Source: Vicinamibacteria bacterium
GTDB lineage: Bacteria > Acidobacteriota > Vicinamibacteria > Marinacidobacterales > Marinacidobacteraceae
DNA: 64,000 bases
Assembly (NCBI GenBank): GCA_965199715.1
Contig: OZ241322.1
Coordinates: forward strand, 544,001-608,000
Reading direction: 5' to 3'
Shown here: in pieces, positions 43,628 through 53,212 of the stretch
Layout: each line of letters opens with the position of its first letter
Position numbering within the stretch: the first letter of the stretch is position 1
Notes under the pieces: model-generated
The model's database searches: none
What the model was told of the DNA's origin: nothing
The model's input: the letters and a program-made list of their open reading frames with translations, nothing else
Position numbers and translations under genes: made by a program

Positions 43628-44800
43628 ATGGTTCCCGCCGTGCTTCGCGGCCTCGAGGATCTGGATCTCTCCGGACGGAGGCTCCTGCTGCGCGCCGACC
43701 TCAACGTCCCGCTGGATGGGGGGCGCATCGCCGACGACAGCCGCATCCGAGCCGCCGAGCCGGGCCTGCGGGCGGCGCTGGACGCCGGGGCCTCGGTCGT
43801 CCTCGCGTCGCATCTCGGGCGACCGAAGGGCGTGGATCCTGATCTCAGCCTGCTCCCGGTCGCCGAGCGTCTCGGGGCGCGGCTCGCGCCGGACGCGGGC
43901 GGCCCCCGCTCCGCCGAGCTGGCGGCGGCGCTGCGCCCCGGCGAAGTCCTGCTTCTCGAGAACCTGCGCTTCGACCGGGGCGAGACGTCGAACGATCCGC
44001 GCTTCGCCCGGCGGCTGCGCGGGCTCGCCGACGAGTACGCGCTGGACGCCTTCGGGGCCGCGCACCGGGCGCACGCCTCGGTGGACGCCTGCGCCCGACT
44101 CTTCCCGAGGCCGGCGGCCGGCTCGCTGCTGCGGCGCGAACTCGCCGCGCTCGGCCGCCTGCTCGACGATCCGCCGCGCCCGTTCGTCGCGATCCTCGGC
44201 GGCGCCAAGGTCTCGGACAAGCTCCCGGTTCTGGACGCGCTGCTGCGCCGCGCCGACCGAGTGCTGGTGGGAGGCGCGATGCAGTACACGTTCTTCGCCG
44301 CGCGGGGCCTCCCCGTCGGCGACTCGCGCCTGGAGCCGGAATTGATTCCGCGGGCGCGGGATCTGCTCGCCGCGGCCGGAGACGGGCTGATGCTCCCCGA
44401 GGACCACCGCGTCGCCCCGGCGACTTCCGCCGAGCGGGCCGACGAGCTCGCGATCGGCGAGGACGCTCCCCGGCCGTGGATGGGCCTCGACGTCGGGGGC
44501 GCGACCGTGCGGCGGTGGACCGACGTGATCGCCGGGGCGCGGACCGTCGTCTGGAACGGCCCGCTCGGGCTGTTCGAAAATCCGTGCTTCGCCCGGGGGA
44601 CGGTCGCGATCGCGGGCGCAGTCGCTCGCGCGCACGACCGGGGCGCCCTCACCGTCGTCGGCGGGGGGGATTCGCTGGCCGCGATCCGGGCGGCGGGCGC
44701 GGAAGGCCGCATCGGACATCTCTCGACCGGCGGCGGCGCGACGCTCGCGTTTCTCGCCGGCGACCGACTCCCCGGAGTGGAGGCGCTTTCCCGTGGCTGA
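43628..44800 (+). CDS. pgk: Phosphoglycerate kinase
   Basis: RADLNVP, SHLGRP, LLENLRF, GGAKVSDK, STGGGA. Confidence 0.96.
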   Translation: MVPAVLRGLEDLDLSGRRLLLRADLNVPLDGGRIADDSRIRAAEPGLRAALDAGASVVLASHLGRPKGVDPDLSLLPVAERLGARLAPDAGGPRSAELAAALRPGEVLLLENLRFDRGETSNDPRFARRLRGLADEYALDAFGAAHRAHASVDACARLFPRPAAGSLLRRELAALGRLLDDPPRPFVAILGGAKVSDKLPVLDALLRRADRVLVGGAMQYTFFAARGLPVGDSRLEPELIPRARDLLAAAGDGLMLPEDHRVAPATSAERADELAIGEDAPRPWMGLDVGGATVRRWTDVIAGARTVVWNGPLGLFENPCFARGTVAIAGAVARAHDRGALTVVGGGDSLAAIRAAGAEGRIGHLSTGGGATLAFLAGDRLPGVEALSRG

Positions 44801-45551
44801 ATCCCGCCGTCCCCTCGTGATCGGCAACTGGAAAATGCATCGGACTCCCGACGAGGCCGGGGCGCTGGCGCGGGCGATCCGAGCCGGGCTGGACCATCCG
44901 GGCGTGGACCTCGGGGTGGCGCCTACGTTTCTCGCGATCCCCGCGGTCGCGCACGCGCTGCGGGGAAGCCTTGTCGAGGTCGGGGCGCAGGACTTCCACC
45001 ACGAACCCGAGGGGGCGTTCACGGGGGCGGTCTCGGCGCCCATGCTGCGGGCGGCTGGATGTTCGTTCGTGCTGGCGGGGCATTCGGAACGGCGCCAACT
45101 GTTCGGCGAGACCGACGCGGACGTGGCCCGGAAGACGCGGGCGGCGCTCGCGGCCGGGCTGGCGCCCGTGGTCTGCGTGGGCGAGACCGCCAGCGAACGC
45201 GACGGCGGGGTCGCGGAAGCGGTCGTGCGCCGCCAGCTCGGCGCGCTCGAGGGGCTGGGCGACGCGTACGCCCGAATCGCGGTCGCCTACGAACCGGTGT
45301 GGGCCATCGGTACGGGCCGGGCGGCCACCGCCGAGACCGCGCAAGACATGCACGCCGTCATCCGCGCCCGCCTCGGCGAGATCGCCGGCGAGGCCGCCGG
45401 CGGCATGCGCATCCTTTACGGGGGCTCGGTTAAGGGCGATAATGCCCGTTCCATGACCGAAGGCGCCGATGTGGACGGCGTCCTCGTAGGCGGCGCGAGT
45501 CTCCGCGCCAATTCCTTCCTCGCGATCGTTTCCGAGATCAGCCCGACATGA
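44793..45551 (+). CDS. tpiA: Triosephosphate isomerase
   Basis: GNWKM, GHSERR, AYEPVWAIGTG, LVGGASL. Confidence 0.97.
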   Translation: MAESRRPLVIGNWKMHRTPDEAGALARAIRAGLDHPGVDLGVAPTFLAIPAVAHALRGSLVEVGAQDFHHEPEGAFTGAVSAPMLRAAGCSFVLAGHSERRQLFGETDADVARKTRAALAAGLAPVVCVGETASERDGGVAEAVVRRQLGALEGLGDAYARIAVAYEPVWAIGTGRAATAETAQDMHAVIRARLGEIAGEAAGGMRILYGGSVKGDNARSMTEGADVDGVLVGGASLRANSFLAIVSEISPT

Positions 45552-45859
45552 CCATCCTCGTGACCGTCCTGCACGTGTTCGTGTGCATCTTCCTCGTGCT
45601 GGTCGTCCTCACCCAGCAGGGCAAGGGCCAGGATCTCGCGAGCGCGTTCGGCGGAGCCGGCACACAGGCGGCCTTCGGCGCCCGGGGCACCGCGACCCTG
45701 CTGACCAAGATCACGACGGTCGTCGCGGCCATCTTCATGATCACGTCGCTGACGCTCGGATACCTGAGCCCCTCGACCGGCGAGATCACGGTTCTGGACG
45801 ACGCGCCGGCGCAGACCGCGCCCGTGGAAGCGGAAGAACCGGCCGAAGACCCCTCCTGA
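45548..45859 (+). CDS. secG: Preprotein translocase subunit SecG
   Basis: VLTQQGKG...AFGG...LTKIT, two TM helices, follows tpiA. Confidence 0.93.
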   Translation: MTILVTVLHVFVCIFLVLVVLTQQGKGQDLASAFGGAGTQAAFGARGTATLLTKITTVVAAIFMITSLTLGYLSPSTGEITVLDDAPAQTAPVEAEEPAEDPS

Positions 45860-45910
45860 CCGTTTGGTCTAGAATTCCCCGCCCGGTCCGGACGGATCGG
45901 GCGCGTCACC

Positions 45911-45998
45911 GCCGAAGTGGTGGAATCTGGTAGACACGTGCGCTTGAGGGGCGTATGGGCTCACGCCCGTGGGGGTTCGAATCCCCCCTTCGGCACCA
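45911..45998 (+). tRNA. tRNA-Leu (GAG)
   Basis: GCCGAAG acceptor stem, TGCGC-TTGAGGG-GCGTA anticodon arm, long variable arm, GGTTCGAAT, CCA. Confidence 0.96.
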
Positions 45999-46010
45999 GA
46001 CTCAAGGAGG

Positions 46011-46634
46011 TCATGCGCCGCGCCTGGCGTGGCGCACGTGGTGGAAGACTCCCTCGTCGTCCCGCACTCGCTCGAGCCGGATCTCCCGGAATCCGAGCGC
46101 GTTGAGCCAATCCCCGACCTCCGGGGAACCCGCGTGGACCGGCTCCACGGTCGCGGCCTCCCGATGAAACCGCGTGTGCCGATGGCCCTTCGGGAAGTCC
46201 TCGTCCGCGAGCATCACCCTCCCACCGGGCGCGAGCACCCGGCGAACCTCGCCGAGCCCCGCCTTCGGATCCGCCCAGTGGTGGAACGCCTTGATCGAGA
46301 TCGCCACGGTCGCCCAGCCGTCGGGCACGGGGAGGCGCTCCGCCCCTCCCCGTCGGACCCGGACCCGGCCGAGCAGCGGCAGCGAGCGGACGCGCACGGC
46401 GAGGAGGCACGGCCAGGCCGGATCCACGGCCCGCACCTCGACTCGCGAAGCGCTCCGGGCGGCGAGAACCGCCGACTCCCCCGGGCCGCAGCCGATGTCC
46501 ACGACGCGATCCCCCGCCTCGATTCCGGCGCGGGGAACGAGCGCGTGGTTCCACGCGCCGCGGAACCGCCGGACCACGTAGCCGATCGCCGCCGTGGTGC
46601 GGAACTTCTTCCACCACGGGCGGCGGCCGGCCAT
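46011..46634 (-). CDS. Class I SAM-dependent methyltransferase
   Basis: VVDIGCGPG, AFHHWAD, RVLAPGG. Confidence 0.85.
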   Translation of the reverse strand: MAGRRPWWKKFRTTAAIGYVVRRFRGAWNHALVPRAGIEAGDRVVDIGCGPGESAVLAARSASRVEVRAVDPAWPCLLAVRVRSLPLLGRVRVRRGGAERLPVPDGWATVAISIKAFHHWADPKAGLGEVRRVLAPGGRVMLADEDFPKGHRHTRFHREAATVEPVHAGSPEVGDWLNALGFREIRLERVRDDEGVFHHVRHARRGA

Positions 46635-46681
46635 GAGCGCACCCTACCAGCCGGGCCGCTCGATTCGGTATCTTCGGGCGC

Positions 46682-47590
46682 ATGACCAAGACCGCGAATC
46701 GCACCGGCCTCGTGTACCGCGACGCCTTCCTCCGCCACGAGATCCGACCCGGACATCCCGAGTCGCCGCTCCGCCTGATCCGAATGATGGAGGCGTTCCG
46801 CGCCGCCGGGCTCCTCGAAGCGGTGGTCCCGGTGGAGAACTGGCCCGACGCGTTCGCCTCGATTCGGGGGCGGCACGAGGCCGGACACGTGGACCGGATC
46901 CGCCGCATTCCGCGCTCCGGCGAGATCGCCGAACTGGCGGTCTCGGGGGCGCTGGCCGCCTTGCGCGACGTCTCGCGCGGCGAGCTCCGCAACGCCTTTT
47001 GCGCCGTCCGCCCGCCGGGCCACCACGCGAACGACACCGGAGCCGAGGAAGGGTTCTGCTACTACTCGAACGCCGCCATCGCCGCCGACTACGCCCGGCG
47101 CGAGTGCGGGCATGAGCGGGTCCTGGTCGTGGACTGGGACTACCACCACGGAAACGCCACCCAGAACGCGTTCTACGCGGATCCGACGGTCCTCTTCTTC
47201 TCGACCCACAACCAGTACGACTACCCGGGGACGGGCGATCCGAGGCTCACCGGTCGCGGCGACGGCTCGGGAACCAACTTCAACGTCCATCTGGGGCCCG
47301 GCGCCACCGACCGCGACATGCTGAGCGCGTGGGATCGGCTGCTCCTGCCGGCGGTGGAGCGGTTCCGCCCCGACTTCGTGATCGTCTCGGCCGGCTTCGA
47401 CAGCCGGAAGGACGACCTGCTCGGCTCGTTCGACGTGACCGACGACGCCTTCCGGCGCATGACCCGCACGCTGATGGACGTGGCGGAGCACTACTGCGGC
47501 GGACGGCTGGTCTCGCTGCTCGAGGGCGGCTACAACGTGGACGGTTCGGCGCGGGCCGCCGCGACGCACCTCGCCACGCTCACCGACTGA
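46682..47590 (+). CDS. Histone deacetylase-family amidohydrolase
   Basis: HPESP, RPPGHHA, GFC, DWDYHHGN, SAGFD, LEGGY. Confidence 0.92.
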   Translation: MTKTANRTGLVYRDAFLRHEIRPGHPESPLRLIRMMEAFRAAGLLEAVVPVENWPDAFASIRGRHEAGHVDRIRRIPRSGEIAELAVSGALAALRDVSRGELRNAFCAVRPPGHHANDTGAEEGFCYYSNAAIAADYARRECGHERVLVVDWDYHHGNATQNAFYADPTVLFFSTHNQYDYPGTGDPRLTGRGDGSGTNFNVHLGPGATDRDMLSAWDRLLLPAVERFRPDFVIVSAGFDSRKDDLLGSFDVTDDAFRRMTRTLMDVAEHYCGGRLVSLLEGGYNVDGSARAAATHLATLTD

Positions 47591-47603
47591 TCGGAGGACG
47601 ATC

Positions 47604-50600
47604 GTGACCCGACTCCTGCTTCTTCTGGCGCTTCTTCCCGCGACCGCGTTCGCCCAGGAACCCGCCGTCACCGAGGACCTGCTGTCGGGGCTGAAGCTCC
47701 GGGGGATCGGGCCGGCGTCGCGCTCGGGGCGCATCGCCGACGTGGCGATCGACCCGACGAACCGCTCGGTCTGGTACGTCGCGGTGGCCTCGGGGAACGC
47801 CTTCAAGACGGTGAACCGGGGCACGACGTGGGAGCCGATCTTCGAGAACTATCCGGTGTACTCCACCTCCTCGGTGGTCGTGGTTCCCTCGAATCCCAAC
47901 GTGATCTGGCTGGGCACCGGCGAGAACAACGGGCAGCGTTCGGTCCCGTGGGGGAACGGCGTGTACCGCAGCCGGGACGCCGGGCGCACCTTCGAGCACA
48001 TGGGCCTCGACGAATCGGAGCACATCGGGAAGATCGTGCTCCACCCCGAGGACAGCGACACGATCTGGGTCGCGGCGCAGGGGCCGCTGTGGCGGTCGGG
48101 CGGCGATCGCGGCCTGTATCGTTCCACCGACGGGGGCGCGAACTGGGAGCGCGTCCTCCACGTCTCGGACGACACCGGCGTCAGCGACGTGGTCCTCGAT
48201 CCGAGGAATCCCGACGTCCTCTACGCGAGCGCCTGGCAGCGCCGCCGGCACACCGGGCTCCAGATCGCGGGCGGTCCGGAAGGCGGAATCCACAAGTCGG
48301 AGGACGGCGGAACGACGTGGCGGCAGGTCACCCGCGGCCTCCCGACCGCGCCCAGGCAGGACATCGGACGCATCGGCCTCGCCGTCTCTCCGCACGACCC
48401 GGACGTGGTGTACGCCCAGGTCGCGGCCAGCGACGGGGGCAACGGCTTCTACGCCTCGACCGACCGGGGCGAGAGCTGGGAGAAGCGCAGCGACTACTTC
48501 GTCACCGACCCCCAGTACTACATGGAGATCTTCCCGGATCCGCACCATCCGGGCCGGATCTACTCGATGGACACGTGGACGCACGTCTCGGACGACGACG
48601 GCCGGACGTGGCGGCGGCACGAGAGCGAGTGGAAGCACGTGGACAACCACGACCTGGAGTTCGACCCCGACGATCCCGACTACCTGATGATGAGCAACGA
48701 CGGAGGGATCTACGAAAGCTGGGACCAGGGGAAGACCTGGAAATTCCACGCGAACCAGGCCCTCACCCAGTTCTACCGGGTGGGGATCGACAACGAGTTC
48801 CCCTTCTACAACGTCTATGGCGGCACGCAGGACAACGCGACGATGATGGGGCCGTCGCGCACCACCCACGTGCACGGAATCCGCAACAGCGACTGGGTGG
48901 ACGTGCTCGGGGGCGACGGGTTCCAGGCGCGGGTCGATCCCGAGGACCCGAACATCGTGTACGCGCAGTACCAGTACGCCGGGATCGTCCGGTACGACCG
49001 CCGCACCGGCGAGCGGGTGGACATCCAGCCGCAGCCCGAACCCGAAGACGAGCCGCTGAAGTGGAACTGGGACTCGCCGCTCATCATCTCCCCGCACGAC
49101 GCCGCGCGCATCTACTTCGGCGCCAACCGGCTCTACCGGAGCGACGACCGGGCGAACACGTGGACCGCGATCAGCGGCGATCTCACGCGGGGGATCGACC
49201 GCGCGGATCGCCTCGTCATGGGCCGCACCTGGAGCGTGGACGCGGTGTGGCGGAACCTCGCGACCTCGACCTACGGCAACATGGTCGCGCTCGACGAGTC
49301 GCGCTTCGTCGAGGGGCTGATCTACACCGGGATGGACGACGGGCGGATCCAGATCACCGGCGACGGCGGTCTCGAGTGGCGCGCGGTGGACGAGATCCCG
49401 GGCGTGCCGGAGTTCACCTACGTGGCCGACGTCCACACGTCCCGGCACCGCCCGGACCGGGTGTACGCGGTGTTCAACAACCACAAGGCGGGCGACTTCC
49501 GGCCCTACGTCGTGCGCAGCGACGACCGCGGGGTCACGTGGACGAGCATCGTCGGCGACCTTCCCGACGACCAGACCGCGTGGACCATCGTGGAGGATCA
49601 CGAGCGCGAGGGACTGCTGTTCCTCGGGACCGAGTTCGGACTCTTCGTGACGCTCGACGGGGGCGAGCGGTGGATCCGCATGAAGGGCGGCCTTCCGACC
49701 ATCGCGATCCGCGATCTCGAGATCCAGGAGCGCGAGGACGACCTTGTGCTCGCGTCCTTCGGGCGGAGCTTCTTCATCCTCGACGACTACGCGCCGCTGC
49801 GCCGGCTCGCCGAGGACGGTCTCGCCGAAGGCGGAACGGCGTTCCCGGTGAAGGACCCGTGGATGTTCATCGAGACCAATCCGCTCGGCGGCGGCGAGAA
49901 GTCGCAGCGGGGGCACGCCTTCTACACGGCGCCGAACCCTCCGTTCGGCGCGGTCGTGACGTTCGTTCTCTACGAGGGCGTCCAGTCGCTGCGCGAACGA
50001 CGGCGCGAACGCGAGCGGGCGATGGTCTCCGCCGGAGAGCCGCTCCCCTACCCCGGCTGGGAAGAGCTGCGCGCCGAGGATCGGGCCGAGGATCCGGCGG
50101 TGCAGGTCGTGATCCGCAACGAGCGGGGAGAGGTCGTCCGCCGGATTCCGGCGCCGCGGACCAAGGGCCTCCACCGGGTCGCCTGGGACCTGCGCTACCC
50201 CGACGCGGCGGGCGGCGAGCGGGGAGGACCGCTCGCGATGCCCGGAACCTACACGGCGGAAGTCGTGCGGCGGGACCACGAGGGAACGACGCGCGTCGGC
50301 GAGCCGCAGACGTTCACGCCGCGGGTGCTGGTCCGGGAAGGAACGCCGCCGGTCGATGAGGAGGCTCGCCACGCCTTCCAGGTCGAAGTCGCCGCGCTCC
50401 AGCGCCGCGTCTTCGGAGCCGTTTCGGCGCTCGAGGCCGCGATCGAGCGCGCGGAGGCGCTGGCCCGCGCCATCGAGGGGTCGGTCGCTCCCGGCGACCT
50501 GCGCGGCCGGGCGGCGGAGATTCGGGTCGCGCTGCTCGACCTCCGGGTTCGGTTCCTCGGCGACGACACCGTCCGCCGGCGCGCCGAAGCGGCGCTCCCG

Positions 50601-50816
50601 GGGATGCGCCAACGCCTCCAGCGGGTCGTCGGCGCGTTCTGGTCCACCGCCGACCCGACCGCGACCCATCGCCGCCAGCTCGAGATCGTCGAGGAGCAGT
50701 TCGGCGCGGCGGGCGCGGAACTGCGGGAGCTGGTCGAGACCCGGCTGGCGGCGCTGGAGGCGGACGCCGACGCCGCGGGCGTTCCCTGGACTCCGGGCCG
50801 CCCGGTCCCGCGCTGA
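47604..50816 (+). CDS. Secreted BNR/VPS10-like beta-propeller protein (glycosyl hydrolase-like)
   Basis: Repeated SxDGGxTW Asp-boxes, GGTQDN, GGDGF, ASFGRSF. Confidence 0.82.
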   Translation: MTRLLLLLALLPATAFAQEPAVTEDLLSGLKLRGIGPASRSGRIADVAIDPTNRSVWYVAVASGNAFKTVNRGTTWEPIFENYPVYSTSSVVVVPSNPNVIWLGTGENNGQRSVPWGNGVYRSRDAGRTFEHMGLDESEHIGKIVLHPEDSDTIWVAAQGPLWRSGGDRGLYRSTDGGANWERVLHVSDDTGVSDVVLDPRNPDVLYASAWQRRRHTGLQIAGGPEGGIHKSEDGGTTWRQVTRGLPTAPRQDIGRIGLAVSPHDPDVVYAQVAASDGGNGFYASTDRGESWEKRSDYFVTDPQYYMEIFPDPHHPGRIYSMDTWTHVSDDDGRTWRRHESEWKHVDNHDLEFDPDDPDYLMMSNDGGIYESWDQGKTWKFHANQALTQFYRVGIDNEFPFYNVYGGTQDNATMMGPSRTTHVHGIRNSDWVDVLGGDGFQARVDPEDPNIVYAQYQYAGIVRYDRRTGERVDIQPQPEPEDEPLKWNWDSPLIISPHDAARIYFGANRLYRSDDRANTWTAISGDLTRGIDRADRLVMGRTWSVDAVWRNLATSTYGNMVALDESRFVEGLIYTGMDDGRIQITGDGGLEWRAVDEIPGVPEFTYVADVHTSRHRPDRVYAVFNNHKAGDFRPYVVRSDDRGVTWTSIVGDLPDDQTAWTIVEDHEREGLLFLGTEFGLFVTLDGGERWIRMKGGLPTIAIRDLEIQEREDDLVLASFGRSFFILDDYAPLRRLAEDGLAEGGTAFPVKDPWMFIETNPLGGGEKSQRGHAFYTAPNPPFGAVVTFVLYEGVQSLRERRRERERAMVSAGEPLPYPGWEELRAEDRAEDPAVQVVIRNERGEVVRRIPAPRTKGLHRVAWDLRYPDAAGGERGGPLAMPGTYTAEVVRRDHEGTTRVGEPQTFTPRVLVREGTPPVDEEARHAFQVEVAALQRRVFGAVSALEAAIERAEALARAIEGSVAPGDLRGRAAEIRVALLDLRVRFLGDDTVRRRAEAALPGMRQRLQRVVGAFWSTADPTATHRRQLEIVEEQFGAAGAELRELVETRLAALEADADAAGVPWTPGRPVPR

Positions 50817-50824
50817 GCGCGCGC

Positions 50825-52233
50825 ATGACTCCGGAGGCGGCGCCGCGTCCCTTCGGGGGCGGCCTGTTCACCGGCGACTTCCTCGTTCGCGAGGCGGCCG
50901 CGGCCCCGGTTCCCGACGCGTTCGAGAGCGGACTGCGGGCCGTCTTTTCGGGTTTTCCGACCGACCGGGAGCCGAACGAGAGCCAGACCGAGGACGACCT
51001 GATCTGGCCGGTCCTGAAACTGCTCGGTTGGGACTCGAGCCTGCGGCAACAGAACCTCGCCCCGAAAGGCGACCGCCAGGTCCCCGACGGCCTCCTCTTC
51101 ACGGACGCGGCCGCCAAGGGGGACGCCAACGCGCTGGCGGAGTGGGAGCGCTGCGCGGTCGGGCTGGCTATCGTGGAGTCGAAGCGGTGGAAGGCGCCCC
51201 TCGACGGGACCGCGACCGCTCGCACCGCCGGGCGCCGCCGGTCGGCGATACATCAACTACAGCGAGCTCAGCGTCCAGCACCTCGGCTCCATCTACGAGC
51301 GGTTGCTGGAGCAAGAGCTGGTCCGGGACGGCGCACGGGTCGCCCTGCGCCTGAATCCTTACGCCCGGAGGGGGTCCGGCAGCTACTTCACGCCCCCCGA
51401 GCTCGTCCGGCTCGCGCTCCGGGAGACGGTCGGCCCGCTGGCGCAGCAGGGTCTCGACCGATTCGCGGACGCCGTCGCCGAGCTTGCGGAGCAGGGCCGG
51501 AGCGGAAGTGAGGCGATCGCCGCCCTGCGCGACGCGGATCCGGCGGAAGGCATGCTGCGTCTGCGAATCTGCGATCCGGCCATGGGATCCGGGCACTTCC
51601 TCGTCGGCCTCGTGGATTGGCTCGCGGACCGGGTGATCGCGGCGATGGCGGAAGCCGAGGCCGCCGTCCCCGGGTACGTGTCCTCGCTGGCCGAACGCAT
51701 CCGCGACGCGCGCTTCACGATCGTGACGAGCGCCAGGAGGCAAGGCTGGGACATCGACCCGGAGGGGCTGAACGACCGGCGCCTGGCGCGGCGCATCGTG
51801 CTCAAGCGCTGCGTGTACGGCGTGGACAGCAATCCGATGGCCGTGGAACTGAGCAAGGTGTCGCTCTGGCTCCACACCTTCACCGCCGGGGGGCCGCGCA
51901 GTTTCCTGGACCAACACGTCAAGTGCGGCGATCTCCCACGACCTCGAGGGATTCGCCCGTGACCTCGGGCACGTGGACGCGGCCGGCGCGGTCCATCCGC
52001 CGTTCGCGTGGGACGACGACTGGCGGCTCCATCTCCGGGCGAAGCTCGACGCGGCGTTCTTCCACCTCTACGGCGTGACCGATCCAGACGACATGAACTA
52101 CGTCTGGTCCACCTTCCCGATCGTGGAGAAGAACGAGGTCGAGGCTTACGGACACTATCTGTCGCGCGACCTCTGCCTCGAGTACATGAACGCGCTGGCC
52201 GCGGGACGGCCGGATGCGGTTCCGCATGGCTGA
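50825..52233 (+). pseudogene. Fragmented type IIG (Eco57I-like) restriction-modification gene
   Basis: Three frames: VPDGLLF...IVESKRW; INYSELSVQHLGSIYERLLE, GSYFTP, DPAMGSGHFL, YGVD; RAKLDAAFFHLYG tail; no NPPY/W motif. Confidence 0.85.
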
Positions 52234-53212
52234 GCGCCGCCGCATCGTCACCGTCGGCAACGCGCTCGTGGACGCGATCGCGCGGATCCCCGACGAGCGG
52301 CTCGCCGCGGTCGGCTATCCCAAGGGGCACATGAGCCTCGTCAGCGGCGAGGAGCAGGCGACCGCGCTGGCGCGGCTCGAGGGAACCCGCGTCGGGCTCG
52401 CGCCCGGCGGATCCGCGGCCAACACCGCCGTGGGAGCGGCCCGGCTCGGCGCCGAGGCGGCGTTCTTCGGCCGGGTGGCCGACGACGCGACCGGCCGGCT
52501 GTTCCGCGACGAGCTCGTGCGGGCCGGGGTCCGACCGGGGTCGCGGCTGGTCGTGGCCGGGGCCGAGCGGACCGGCGTGAGTCTGGTCATGACGACTCCC
52601 GACGGGCAACGCACGATGCTGACCAACCTCGGCGCAGCCCCCGACATCGGCCCGGGCGCCTTCGACGCCGAGCTGGTGCGGGACGCCCGCTTCCTCTACT
52701 TCGAGGGATACCTGCTGACCAACCCCGTGGCCCGCCAGACGGTTGTCGAGACATCCCGCCGGGCGGCCGCGGACGGGGTGACCGTGGCGCTTTCCGCATC
52801 CGACGGATTCGTGATGGACGTGGCCGGAGATGTCGTGCGGGAGCTGCTGGACGGACCGGTGAGCCTCCTGTTCGCGAATCTGGACGAGGCCCGGCACCTG
52901 ACCGGCCTCGTCGATCCCGCCCGGGTCGCCGCGAGCCTCGCCGAGTGGGACGGCCTCACCGCGCTCACGCTCGGCGGCGACGGCTCGATCCTGATCCGGG
53001 GCGCGGAGCGCATCCGGATTCCGCCGGTCCGCGTCCCGGTCGTCGATACGAGCGGGGCCGGGGATCTCTACGCCGCCGGACTGCTCGCGGGCCTCGCCCG
53101 GGGGTCGTCGCTCGAGGAGGCGGGGCGGCTCGCGTCACGCGCCGCGGCGCAGGTCGTGACCGTGCACGGGCCGAGGCTGCCGGAGGGCTTCAGAGTCGGA
53201 ACAAACGGGTGA
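52226..53212 (+). CDS. PfkB-family carbohydrate/adenosine kinase
   Basis: GNALVD, GGSAANT, FEGYL, DTSGAGDLYAAG. Confidence 0.92.
   Translation: MAERRRIVTVGNALVDAIARIPDERLAAVGYPKGHMSLVSGEEQATALARLEGTRVGLAPGGSAANTAVGAARLGAEAAFFGRVADDATGRLFRDELVRAGVRPGSRLVVAGAERTGVSLVMTTPDGQRTMLTNLGAAPDIGPGAFDAELVRDARFLYFEGYLLTNPVARQTVVETSRRAAADGVTVALSASDGFVMDVAGDVVRELLDGPVSLLFANLDEARHLTGLVDPARVAASLAEWDGLTALTLGGDGSILIRGAERIRIPPVRVPVVDTSGAGDLYAAGLLAGLARGSSLEEAGRLASRAAAQVVTVHGPRLPEGFRVGTNG

Noticed and set aside
32033-45998. Genomic island integrated at tRNA-Asp or tRNA-Leu
   Set aside because: No integrase and no duplicated tRNA 3' end found
50825-51962. Programmed frameshift in the R-M gene
   Set aside because: No slippery sequence seen and large domains are missing, so decay is the simpler explanation
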